NCBI GenBank assembly: GCA_963775685.1
Contig: CAVZJV010000014.1
Location: 864,001-928,000, forward strand
Direction of reading: 5' to 3'
From: Candidatus Bathyarchaeota archaeon
Lineage (GTDB): Archaea > Thermoproteota > Bathyarchaeia > Bathyarchaeales > Bathycorpusculaceae
DNA: 64,000 nucleotides
In this document: in pieces, positions 22,133 through 32,516 of the stretch
How positions within the stretch are numbered: position 1 is the stretch's first letter
How the letters are laid out: each line of letters begins with the position of its first letter
The notes under the pieces: generated by a model
What the model saw: only the letters and a program-made list of their open reading frames with translations
Databases searched by the model: none
Told to the model about the DNA's origin: nothing
Program-made: the position numbers and the translations under genes

Positions 22133-22765
22133 TTAAATGCCACTTTTCATTTTTTCATACATTTTTTCAAAAGTCCAACGGATGCTTGACTTAAGCTCTT
22201 TGAGTCGTTCGTCATCGACGTTTTTAATTATTATTTCTCGTATTAGGTCGTCTTCGTGTGCTATGTTGTAGGAGAACATTTTATCGGTTCCTAACTGCCC
22301 TAGTCGAACTAGTTCTTTGTCTTTTTCCTGCATTTTCGCAAAAACTTTCTCAACTAGGAAATTAGTGAAAGGCGGTGTGTTTACGCTAAAGTTTTTGCTC
22401 TCATCAGGCAACACATGTATTGTTTGTTTTTCAAAGTACATGAGTGCTAAGGGTTCATCTGCCATGGTTTTTAGGGGTATGACGCTTTCGGGTTCGGTGT
22501 GTTGTTGAGTAGGGGCTGGTTTGGGCGGTTCGGGTTCGTGTTTTGGCAAGACCACTTCTTGAGGAATCGGCGTGGACATAATGGGGACTTCTTTGATGTC
22601 ACCGCGTTTAAATCCCTTTTCAAGAAGGATTTGGTTGACGGCGTCAAGGGTTGCTTGGACTTCTTTGGTTTCCTCGGTTAACTTTTCAAGTTGCTCTTCC
22701 AGCCGTTTTTTTAGAGCAATCATGGATTTCATTTTTTCTGGGTCTAAAGACAAGCCAATCAGCAC
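22133..22765 (-). CDS. Conserved archaeal hypothetical protein
   Basis: Coiled-coil N-terminus, TPPF.NFLV and IRWTFEKM C-terminus. Confidence 0.7.
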   Translation of the reverse strand: MLIGLSLDPEKMKSMIALKKRLEEQLEKLTEETKEVQATLDAVNQILLEKGFKRGDIKEVPIMSTPIPQEVVLPKHEPEPPKPAPTQQHTEPESVIPLKTMADEPLALMYFEKQTIHVLPDESKNFSVNTPPFTNFLVEKVFAKMQEKDKELVRLGQLGTDKMFSYNIAHEDDLIREIIIKNVDDERLKELKSSIRWTFEKMYEKMKSGI

Positions 22766-22799
22766 TCGTAACTACTAGCGCGTTTGGTGCTTATCAGTT

Positions 22800-24572
22800 T
22801 TAGCTTTTTGGTTCTCCGCCGATTTTCTTTAGTTGGCCACGGTACATCTCGATGATTTCCTTAGGTGATGTAGCGTCTTCGGGGGTTTTGTCGGTGCGGT
22901 ATTTACCTGTGAACCTCGGAAAACGGATAGCCAAGCCAGCGTCTTTACGGATTGAGTTCATGGCGGCCATGTGGATGGGGCTTAGGGTGACTTCTGCGCC
23001 TAAAATCTCTAAAACTACTGCTGGCTCAAACCAAACGTCTGCCTCCAGTGTTGATTGAACTCGGCTGTTTTTGCGGGGGATTATATGTTTTTGGAGCATT
23101 TCATGAAGCTCTGCTAGATCTTTGTCAGTGAAGCCCGTACCGCATTTGGTTACTGTTTCAAATGTATCCGTTTGTTTGTTGTAAGTAGCCAGCAGAAGAG
23201 CACCATAGGTTCCCACGCGTTTGCCTCTGCCGTGAAAGGCGCCTACCACAACCAAGTCAACGGTATCAGTCATCTCGCTTTTGTAGTCGCGTTTGTATTT
23301 TATCCAGAGCCAACCACGGTCTCCCGCTTGGTAAACGGAGTCTTTTGCGATGGATTTGCACATTAAGCCTTCGCAACCTTCAGCTATGGCTTGTTCAAAG
23401 AAATCCTCCAGTTCCTTGGAATTGTTGACGAGTTTTTGGGTTGCAGGTTTCATGCGGTCGCCTTGCCTGATGATTTTTTCTAGCGCTTTTCGTCTTTGTG
23501 GAAACGGTTCTTGGGTTAGATCTTTGCCATTGACAAAGAGTGCGTCGAATGCGAACAGCGAAATCGGGTATTCCTCGATGGCTGCTTCTATGCCGTATTT
23601 GCGCCTTCGGTGCATTAGCTCTTGAAAAGGACGCATTTCGCCCGTTTCCAGATCCATGGCTACGCATTCGGCTTCCAAAATGGCTTCTTGAGCCTCAATT
23701 TTTTCTTTGATCAAATCAACTGCGTCGGGGTACTGATCAGAAATGTTCTCCAGCCGCCTAGAATACAAAACTACCTTGCCCTCTTTTTTGTGGGCTTGAA
23801 TCCGTTCGCCATCGTATTTGTACTCGGCTACGCATTTGCCGCTGAACTTTTCCAAAATCTCCTCTGGACCCCCAAGCCGCTCAGCCAGCATGGGTCGTAT
23901 GGGCTCAAAGACCATAACTTGGAACTTTTGGATACCCTCCAAGCCCTTCTCGGCAACGATGTTCGCTACTCTGCCCAAATCTGAAGATATGTTGTAGGCG
24001 CGTTCGATGAGTTCGCGGGCTTCTTTTCCGCCGCCATAAGCAATTGCCAATGCGTCAAGCACTGTCATGTCGGCGATACCCAAGCGCAGGTTACCGGTGA
24101 CTGTTCGAATTATCCATTTTGCCTCTTTTGGTGAAGCGTCAGTTAATAATCCGCAGAGAAGCGCCATTTTCGTGTCCACGGCACCGCTGCCTGAGGTTTT
24201 TGCGAGTTTGTCAAGCGTCTCGTAAACGTGTTTGGTGGTGAGTGTTTTGGTGAAGAAGGTGGATTGTTTGCGTTTTGTTAGTTGTTTTTCGGAGGTTTCG
24301 CCGATGTCGCCGCTTTTTTGTAGCTCAGTGTTGATTATGCTCTCGCTTTGCCCGGCTGCGCGGGAGAGAGCTTTTATGGCGAGTTTTTCAGCCACACCCA
24401 TCTCGATACCCTCAAAGTCAGGGTACAATTTGCCCTGTGTCAAATAAACAACCCTTGAAAGGATGTCCTTTGGGGTTTTCTTCAATAATTCAACTAGTAA
24501 ATCGGTCATTTCTAAGCGTTTGGTGGTTGCCTCGATCTTTTCGTATGCGTCAGCGATTATTGCGTAATCCAT
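22800..24572 (-). CDS. lig: ATP-dependent DNA ligase
   Basis: EYKYDGERIQAH, EGLMCK, WIKYKRDY, IRFPRF. Confidence 0.97.
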   Translation of the reverse strand: MDYAIIADAYEKIEATTKRLEMTDLLVELLKKTPKDILSRVVYLTQGKLYPDFEGIEMGVAEKLAIKALSRAAGQSESIINTELQKSGDIGETSEKQLTKRKQSTFFTKTLTTKHVYETLDKLAKTSGSGAVDTKMALLCGLLTDASPKEAKWIIRTVTGNLRLGIADMTVLDALAIAYGGGKEARELIERAYNISSDLGRVANIVAEKGLEGIQKFQVMVFEPIRPMLAERLGGPEEILEKFSGKCVAEYKYDGERIQAHKKEGKVVLYSRRLENISDQYPDAVDLIKEKIEAQEAILEAECVAMDLETGEMRPFQELMHRRRKYGIEAAIEEYPISLFAFDALFVNGKDLTQEPFPQRRKALEKIIRQGDRMKPATQKLVNNSKELEDFFEQAIAEGCEGLMCKSIAKDSVYQAGDRGWLWIKYKRDYKSEMTDTVDLVVVGAFHGRGKRVGTYGALLLATYNKQTDTFETVTKCGTGFTDKDLAELHEMLQKHIIPRKNSRVQSTLEADVWFEPAVVLEILGAEVTLSPIHMAAMNSIRKDAGLAIRFPRFTGKYRTDKTPEDATSPKEIIEMYRGQLKKIGGEPKS

Positions 24573-24671
24573 GTTTTTGCTCACACAAAAATACTGCTTG
24601 GCTGAACTTTTAAACATACCACATAGACTGAATGGGAAGATTTTATTAACCAAATAAACAGTAATTTAACT

Positions 24672-25081
24672 ATGGACCCATGTGTAGTTTGTTTTTCTAG
24701 AACATGAAACACTAAACGGTTAGCCCAAGCAATAGCCGACACAGCAAACGCACCTCTCATGGATATATCGGGAACATTGCCCACAACCATCGAAACTTTT
24801 GATCCGCTCATTTTAGGAACGCCAGTTGAGGGGTCAAGCCCCGCCAAAGAAACGCGTTCTTTCATAGATGGCATGTCCAAGGTGGAGGACAAAAAAGCCA
24901 TCCTGTTCTGCACTTACCGCATCTTTGGCAACGAACGAACAATGAAAGCCATGGAAAAAGAGTTGAAAAATAAGGGGTATGAAACAATTTTGAAGGTCTC
25001 AAAGAAAGGCATGAAGCCTGAAAAAGAAGTGACTTCTCGGAAATTATCGCTGAAGTAAAACAAGCCCTGCAAAAACTTTAG
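24672..25081 (+). pseudogene. Flavodoxin-like protein with in-frame TGA and a 3' frameshift
   Basis: FSRT*NTKRLAQAIA (expected SRTGNT), LILGTPV, ILFCTY; pseudogene or read error. Confidence 0.6.
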
Positions 25082-25159
25082 CGTCAGCAAAATAGAAATT
25101 AAAGAAAAATAAAAGAAAACGGGAAAAAAATTTTTCCATGTTTAAAAATTGACAGATTA

Positions 25160-25297
25160 CTAAATTGTTGATTTAGAAGAGTCAACTAAATGGGCTGTTC
25201 CGTCTGGGCAGTAGACTTTTTCGCCTTTCTCAGTGACGCAAAATCGTTTACTGCACTGCTTCATTTGGGAGCATCCGTCGCAATCTCGTGATAACAT
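25160..25297 (-). CDS. Small Cys-rich protein, 45 aa (below the ORF-track cutoff)
   Basis: MLSRDCDGCSQMKQCSKRFCVTEKGEKVYCPDGTAHLVDSSKSTI; AGGAGG upstream. Confidence 0.65.
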   Translation of the reverse strand: MLSRDCDGCSQMKQCSKRFCVTEKGEKVYCPDGTAHLVDSSKSTI

Positions 25298-25687
25298 TCT
25301 TGTTCTTTTCCTCCTTGTGATTATGATTTTTTTCATCGACAGTCTAACACATGTTTTTCTGAATTGGTGTTATCACCTATTCACACTTGTGTCTCATGTC
25401 ATTGAAGTTCACACATTAACATTGAAGGCGCTTTTAAACATTATGAATTTTGCATGGATAGTTTCCAGTTATCCTATTCAGCAGCTTAAACATCAGAACA
25501 AATCAGAAGACGCTATGCACACTATCTCACTAAGTGACCCTATTGGATGGTCCTTTGACTCTCCTAACTATGGCGTCCAAAAAGCCATTTGCCTAAAACT
25601 CATTTTGAAAGGATTTGTTTGAACCATAAAGACTGTTTCTTCTCGTTTGTAGCGTAACAGTCTTAAGTTCTAATGTTGAATTACTGT

Positions 25688-25751
25688 GTGGATGATGAGC
25701 ACTAGAGTCTGAGCTTTGGCAGTGAGATGGACTCGACGGGCGAACTGACAA
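25688..25751 (+). ncRNA. Box C/D guide sRNA; predicted target 16S rRNA Cm1402 (E. coli numbering)
   Basis: C box ATGATGA 25692-25698, D' CTGA 25709-25712, C'-like GTGAGA, D box CTGA 25745-25748; D guide CGACGGGCG is complementary to 16S CGCCCGUCG. Confidence 0.8.
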
Positions 25752-25843
25752 CGTTAAGCGAAAAACTTAATCAATAGAGCAACATTGACAAGTAGCTAAA
25801 TCACAGGTTAATTGGCGCACATGAATCGAGGTGAACAATAAAA

Positions 25844-26122
25844 ATGGTTGAAATGAAAGTTAAAGCTTCAGAACTCAAAGGTGAAGAGAGTAAACTGATT
25901 GAGAAACTAGCCGATTTCCTCAAGGAAAAAACAGGCGGAGACGTATCAACAGACTCAAAAGTCATCACGGTAAAAGGTGAAGGTGAAGCTCTCTCAAAGA
26001 AATACGTGCGAATCACTGTTAAAAAGTTCTTGCATAAACATGAGTTGACAGAAACCTTCAAAGTTATCGGTGATGAAGAAGCACTTAAAGTTAAAGAGCG
26101 AAAACTCGAAGAGGAAGATTAA
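25844..26122 (+). CDS. rpl22e: Ribosomal protein eL22
   Basis: LADFLKEK...ITV....LSKKYVRITVKKFLHKHEL.E.FKVI matches the eL22 SKRYLKYLTKKYL pattern; acidic tail; GAGGTGA RBS. Confidence 0.8.
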   Translation: MVEMKVKASELKGEESKLIEKLADFLKEKTGGDVSTDSKVITVKGEGEALSKKYVRITVKKFLHKHELTETFKVIGDEEALKVKERKLEEED

Positions 26123-26587
26123 ACCTTTCTCTTTCATATTTTAGTTAATTTTTGTTTGCATTGAATTATCTTTTCTTTTTTTCTGCCGTCCTATTCCCTG
26201 AACACCTTGTTCCAAAGCTTAGCATTAAATCAAAACAGCCCTAACTTGTAGATATCCTGAGATTGTGAGGCTGAAGAAATGAGGAAAATAATAGTGGTTG
26301 GCACTATGGTTAGTTTATTTTCGTTAATATCATTGATTGTTATCTTTACTTTTCTTTGTGCAGCGGTGCAAGCCATCAACCCTTTGGCTGCCTTTACAGC
26401 TGTGTTTGTAGCCTTAATCGGCATTATTTGGTTCAAGAAAACTAACAGTTAATTCCTTTAGGTTACAGCAACCATACCTTGTTAGAACTGTTTCGTGGTG
26501 AGCAGCTTTAGTGGGAGGCGGCGCCTGTCGGTTTTTGAGGGGTTGGTTGCAATAATCAATATATTCAGAGGTAGCCATCCTGCAGTT

Positions 26588-27028
26588 ATGAGTATGTATC
26601 GGACCGGTGTTGCGAACCTGCCCTTGCATGGTGGCAAGGCCCCTTCTTGGCTTACGGTGCGCATGCGTAAATTAGCCAAAGAAATAGCTAAGATCATGAT
26701 TGAAGAGCAGGGCACAGCCAAATTTATCGCGCGTCTTAGTGATCCCTTTTGGTTTCAGGCTTTTGGTTGCGTGTTGGCTTATGACTGGCACAGCAGCGGA
26801 GTAACCACCGTGGTCACAGGCATCCTCAAAGGTGCACTGTCGCCCGAGGAACATGGCGTTGCTGTTTGCGGGGGTAAAGGCAAAACCAGCCGAAAAACGC
26901 CCAGCGACATCGCGGCAGTCGGCGAAAAATTTGGTTTCTCCCAAGAAACTGTCGATGACCTAACCTACACGAGCCGTATAACCGCCAAAGTCGACAACAC
27001 CGCCATCCAAGCCGGTTATCAACTCTGA
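26588..27028 (+). CDS. DUF763 family protein, N-terminal part (interrupted by integrated element)
   Basis: ANLPLHGGKAPSWL, LSDPFWFQAFG, DWHSSGVTT, AKVDNTAIQAGYQL then TGA. Confidence 0.9.
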   Translation: MSMYRTGVANLPLHGGKAPSWLTVRMRKLAKEIAKIMIEEQGTAKFIARLSDPFWFQAFGCVLAYDWHSSGVTTVVTGILKGALSPEEHGVAVCGGKGKTSRKTPSDIAAVGEKFGFSQETVDDLTYTSRITAKVDNTAIQAGYQL

Positions 27029-27040
27029 ACCTCATGCTTT
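27021..27040 (+). repeat. attL: core AACTCT plus TCATGCTTT
   Basis: AACTCT (27021-26) GAACC TCATGCTTT (27032-40); mirrored at 41559-41577. Confidence 0.75.
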
Positions 27041-27057
27041 TTTCGCTATTACCACGT

Positions 27058-28234
27058 CTATGTCAGCCTCGAATAGAGTTTAACTGTTCTGCCGTCTTTG
27101 TCTATTCCAGTGTCGTATAGTTCATAGCCTAATGTCCTAAGTTCCTCTTGTTCATCAATCGTGTAAGCCCTAGGAGTTTCATAGGTACAAGCCTGGTCAT
27201 CGAAAGTGCCAAAATATTTCTCTGTGCTGCTTAAGCGTTTGTGACCTAATCGGGCTTGAACCTTGCGAACGTTGAATCTGGTTTTCTTGTATGTTTGATC
27301 GGCGTAATAGCGTCTAAAGCTGTGGTGATGAATGTTTAACAGATTTGGCATACTGAGTTTTTTGGCTATGCGGTTTCTGGATCGTGCAAATGTTGATTGA
27401 AGAGTGCGTTTGTTTGGGTTAAAGACGTTAGGGCTGTATTTCTTTGGTAGCGCTAACAGCATTGCAATACATTGTTCGGTAACAGTGATATGTCGCGCCT
27501 TGCTGCCCTTCTCTGGATGGTTAATGTAGATTATCTTGGCTTGTGCGTCAATCTCTTTTTCCAGTAACCGCGCCATTTCCCCAACTCTAATGCCGGTGTC
27601 TGCCAATGCTTGACATAACGCTGCTTGTTCTCTGCCCAAGTTTTGTATTAAAGTTGTGACTTCATAGGGTTTAGGCGTGTATTGTTCCTTAGAATCATAT
27701 GTTATCTTTGGCTTATCAAATGGTATTTTGAACGCTTTAGTATAACTTAGGTAGGCTTGGACATAATGGAATTTTGAAGCATCAGTGAAACCTTCAGTTG
27801 CAAGAATCGTTAGGAAGCTATCGGGGTTGTCTAAGTTTGTGCCTCTTTTCATCGAATACTTCTAAACGGAAAACTCGGTGTGCTATAGTTGTGTCTGCTA
27901 TATTACGTAACTTCTCTTTCCATATGTATTGTATTAGTCGCGTGTCTAAGTTGGTTTTTTCACCAGCGATAGCTCGTTTAACTATCGCTTGAATGGTCAA
28001 GTTTTTCGCATCCTTGTTTGGTAGCGCATACTTGGCTATTGGTGTATTCTGTGCTTGAGTTTTTAAGGCTTGGGGGTCTGTGAATCTGTAACCACACTTT
28101 TTGCATGAAAAACGCTGTGCGTCTGATCCATCGCTTAAAGTGCGGTGCCCAGAGCATTGTGTCTTTTCAGAGCCACATTCAGGACAACAAGGCAAAATGA
28201 TACTTTTAAGGTCAGCTAAGGCTTGAAGTTTCAA
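27058..28234 (-). CDS. Tyrosine integrase with N-terminal zinc ribbon (frameshift ~27850)
   Basis: CPECGS...RFSCKKCGYRF; catalytic TGIRVGE, EKG, HSFRR, LGHK, TEKY all present. Confidence 0.9.
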
Positions 28235-28376
28235 TTAAACTTCACTCCTTTAACATCAACACTTTTGGAAATACTGCGTAAATGTTCACTCAACGAGTTA
28301 GCATGGATATGAAATTCTTTTACTTCCGCTTCTATCGCAACGTATCTAACTTGGAAATAATAAAAGCAAGTCAACG

Positions 28377-28586
28377 TTAAACTTCCCTCTTTGAAACTTG
28401 AATGTATTGGAAAAAAACATCTTTCTCGTCGTTGTACATCTTGGGTGATGTGGGTTCACAATCGAAAGCTAACTTCAAATAATCAAGAAGTTGGTCAGGA
28501 AATTCCTTATTTTTTGAAATTATTTTTATTGTTGTTTCAAACGTAGGGGGTTTAATGGAAATTAAACTACTATCTGCTATCACCAT
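28377..28586 (-). CDS. Hypothetical protein
   Basis: 69-aa ORF co-oriented with its neighbours. Confidence 0.45.
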   Translation of the reverse strand: MVIADSSLISIKPPTFETTIKIISKNKEFPDQLLDYLKLAFDCEPTSPKMYNDEKDVFFQYIQVSKREV

Positions 28587-28620
28587 CTGCTATATACACC
28601 ATAAGAAAAAAGCAAAATTG

Positions 28621-29178
28621 TTAGCTAGGGTTGTCCTTAACAATTTTCCACGTATGCGCTTTCCGTTGAGAAACATTACAAACTCTTTTTCCAGCATCGA
28701 CAACTAAGCCTTTTTTAACAAAACTATTACGTACAGGGCGAATCACGTTTGGGTCTCTGTACCCCAGGGAAAATGCGAGCTCATAATCCGTAGAACATGG
28801 ATGCTGAACCAATGCGTCAAAAACTTCTTTGTTTGTGACAGTTGGGATTAATTTCTTAAATTTTCCAGTTGGAACCGTTATTTCATTATTATTTCCGACG
28901 CCACGCCAAAAATGTGCCGATTTACCTGAAATCGTACACTTGCGCTTTCCCATGTCGCTCAATAAGTCCATATCGTAAAGTTCTTTTCTTCTAGGTCTTA
29001 CAACGTCAGGATTTTGGAAACCCATGGCAAAAGTAATTTCTAAATCGGTAGAATCTGGCCAAGTGAGAAAAGCATCTAAAACCGCCTTTTGCCTTTCTCC
29101 AAGTTCGGGTGTAATTTCTAGATAAGCAATAATAGATGTTTCTCGCATTAATCGGGTAAGTCGCAGTTGTTTTTTCAA
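28621..29178 (-). CDS. Tandem winged-helix DNA-binding protein
   Basis: Two ~60-aa internal repeats: STD.E..F..G...P.V.RP.R.......L..D.GKR.C..S...AH.W. Confidence 0.7.
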   Translation of the reverse strand: MKKQLRLTRLMRETSIIAYLEITPELGERQKAVLDAFLTWPDSTDLEITFAMGFQNPDVVRPRRKELYDMDLLSDMGKRKCTISGKSAHFWRGVGNNNEITVPTGKFKKLIPTVTNKEVFDALVQHPCSTDYELAFSLGYRDPNVIRPVRNSFVKKGLVVDAGKRVCNVSQRKAHTWKIVKDNPS

Positions 29179-29314
29179 CGATAATCAAAAGAAAAATAAC
29201 GTTGTTATTGCTCACTGGAGTTTTCAAAAAAAGAAAAAGAACACGCTTCGGGGAAAATTTTAAAATACTACTTTTTTAAGCTAACTTAAAAAGAAAAGGA
29301 AAAATTATTTTTTC

Positions 29315-31950
29315 CTAACTTTTAGTTAAAGCTTTCATCAATGTACTCGATATTTCTGTTTTTGTCTCTTCGTTTACGAAGATGTATTGAATTTTATTTT
29401 CAACTTCATCTTTAATGATGCCATCCCAACCTTCAACGGGGAACTCTGCAAGGCGTTTATCCATGCTATTAGTAACATCTAAGTTTTCGATGTCGCTTTC
29501 AGTTCCGCTCAAGTTGCTTCTCAGCTTAGATTTAAGTGTTTCAACAATTTTCTCTTTGCCACCTAGAACACCCATATTTCCTTTTCGATGTTATTCTCTA
29601 AAGATTCTTCTATCGCTTGTTTAGTTTCAGCCGTTACCACTTCGTCTGGTGGTCTAACCTTAGCTTTGCATCCATGCTCCTCTAGCTTCTCGTCAACCAA
29701 GCAAGAAACTTCTCAGGAGTGAATGCGTTCAGCTCAATCCTATTCATAAGTTTGTTGCCATCTTTATCATAACCGGCATCCGTTATCTCTTTTAGTTCCT
29801 CAGGCATGTACTTGCCGATTTTTTTAGATATTTTTGTGTAATGACCATCTTTATTTTTTTGCCAAGGAACTTTCTCAGGTTTCAGTTTCCATTCTTCAGC
29901 GTCCTTTATTGTCAAGCCTAAATCAACAATTTCAAGTTTATGTTCTGGGTCGTTTTGGCTTCCATGCTTAAACGTTAAGGAAATGCCCAAACCGTAGACA
30001 TCAGCATTGTGAACGGTGAATAATTGCATCTTTTGACCGCTTTCTTCAGCCATCTTCTTTAACTTCTTTAACATTTTACGGGCACCCATAGACCTTCGCC
30101 TCTTCCAGCAATCACAGCTACATCAAATTTATCGTGAAAGTGATTTTCAGTCAGAATCCCTTTAAAACCACGTTTTTCTATGAATAGAATTTTATTGTAT
30201 TTCCAAGCAGGCAATTCATAATCATCTACGTTCTCAGTATCAATCAACATAACGGATTTTTCACGGGGTTCTTGGAGCTCGCCACTGGCTTCTTTAAGCA
30301 TTTTTTTCAGAATTTCGTCACCATTAGAGTACTCTCTCCTGAATTGCTCAAGAAGAGTTGGCGTAAAATAGGGATCGAATTTAGACACCAGATCGCGCCA
30401 CCCTTTTTTAATAAAAATTTCTCTCAAGGTGTACCATAAGTTACGAGCATAATAGCTGAGTTTTCCTCCACTTGAAACAACGCCAACAGCTTCAGGCAAC
30501 ATATCAAAAACTTTTTCTTTCTGAGTAGCCGTACCAGCAGCTATACTTTTATCAACAGTTTCGTCCTCTCGGATTCGTTTGATCTACTTTTTTAGGCTCT
30601 TAGACAATCCTGATGCATCATAGACAACTATAGCATAGAAGAAGCAAACGGCCTAACATTAATCCTTGTTTTACCTAGGTCACAAAAGGGCACGTTTGGG
30701 CTTATCAAGTGAATCCATACCTCAACTGGATCGGAATCTGTTATGCCATTGTAATCTAATATGCCTGAGATATTTTGCAATATTTTTCCATTCACAATAC
30801 CTCGTAATCGTAGTTTAAACTTCTATCATCTGGTCTAAGGTCCTCGATTGATCGCAACATGGATTTTCTGTTTACTCGTATCGTTAAAAGCTTTCACGGC
30901 GACTTCTACTAAAAACGGGATTTTTTGGCTAGTCTCATTATCAATTGTAATGGCTTTCTTAAACTTGTATTTACTATTCCATTTAGTAGAAGGATTTCTC
31001 CCAAAAACCTGATCAATACGTCTGAGCTAACGGCCTTTGCTCAAGGCTAAGGGCAACAGAACAGTTGCAGTCGCTGCTTTGCCTATGCCTGAAAGGTATT
31101 CTAGAACTCTCAAGTAATACTGCCTTCTTTGTTCAGGACTGAAGTCCTTTAGATTTTTTGGAAAGTCTTTCAATTTTAGTTCGCTGCAATCTCTGAACTC
31201 TTGAGTAAAAACATCTGTCTCTTTGTCTCCTACAGCGATTATCTGTTTGATGAGTGTTTCCTCGTCAAAATCCAGAAATGACTCTCGGAAGTGTATTTTC
31301 AGGTCTGCTATCTTTTTGTATAGCAGCTAGTCGCGCTTTAGCTCTTTGTATGTAAAATTGACATGTGGATTAACGCGACGTATTCCAAAAATTTCTCAAG
31401 ATATGGTTCATCTGTCGCTCACTTTTCAAAGTAAGGTGGAAGAATAACGGATACTTTTGACGCTCATTCGTCACGTTCAACATCAGAAATTTTCGGGATG
31501 ATTTTTGCTTCTTTGCTATCATATAGAACGTCTAAGTTATATTTTTTACCGTTGCTAATAATCGTAATAGGGCATTCGTCGTATGTTTCATGAAGTTCTC
31601 TAGCGAGTGCGGTGCATCTACCAGGGATTATTTTATAGGCGTGTCCAACTAAACTGATGGTTATGTATTTGTAGAGTGCTCTGCTTGAGTAGAAATGTTT
31701 CAGGTCACATATTTTACGTACATTCTTTTCTACTCAGCCTAAACTATTATCTTTAACAGTGATTTTTATGAAGCTTCTGAATGTTTTTTCAATACATAGC
31801 TCAATGTTTACGTCTTTAATTTTTTCTTTAATTTCTAGCTGGCAGTATCTCTCGTCACACATGTCGATTGAATTTCCTAAGAGCTCACTAGATATGACAG
31901 CGTTGAAGTTTTCTATCGGTTCACCTATCAACGTTGTAATCCAAGCAATG
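29315..31950 (-). CDS. Fused type IIB topoisomerase (TopoVI-B plus TopoVI-A; Topo VIII-like), many frameshifts; 5' end lost in poly(A)
   Basis: GHKL ELLGNSID...ITVKDNSLG; NPHVNF; PFLVEVA; transducer IHLISPNVPFCDLGKTRI; ARNLWYTLR; Toprim ILFIEKRGF, HNADVYG; RIELNAF. Confidence 0.75.

Positions 31951-32516
<566 letters not shown>

Noticed and set aside
24703-24710. In-frame TGA in the flavodoxin gene as selenocysteine or readthrough
   Set aside because: The position corresponds to Gly of SRTGNT (GGA to TGA), not Cys, and no SECIS is evident
25233-25622. 129-aa plus-strand ORF; likewise 58077-58388 and most antisense ORFs in the track
   Set aside because: No motifs; they overlap better-supported genes or are AT-rich intergenic open frames
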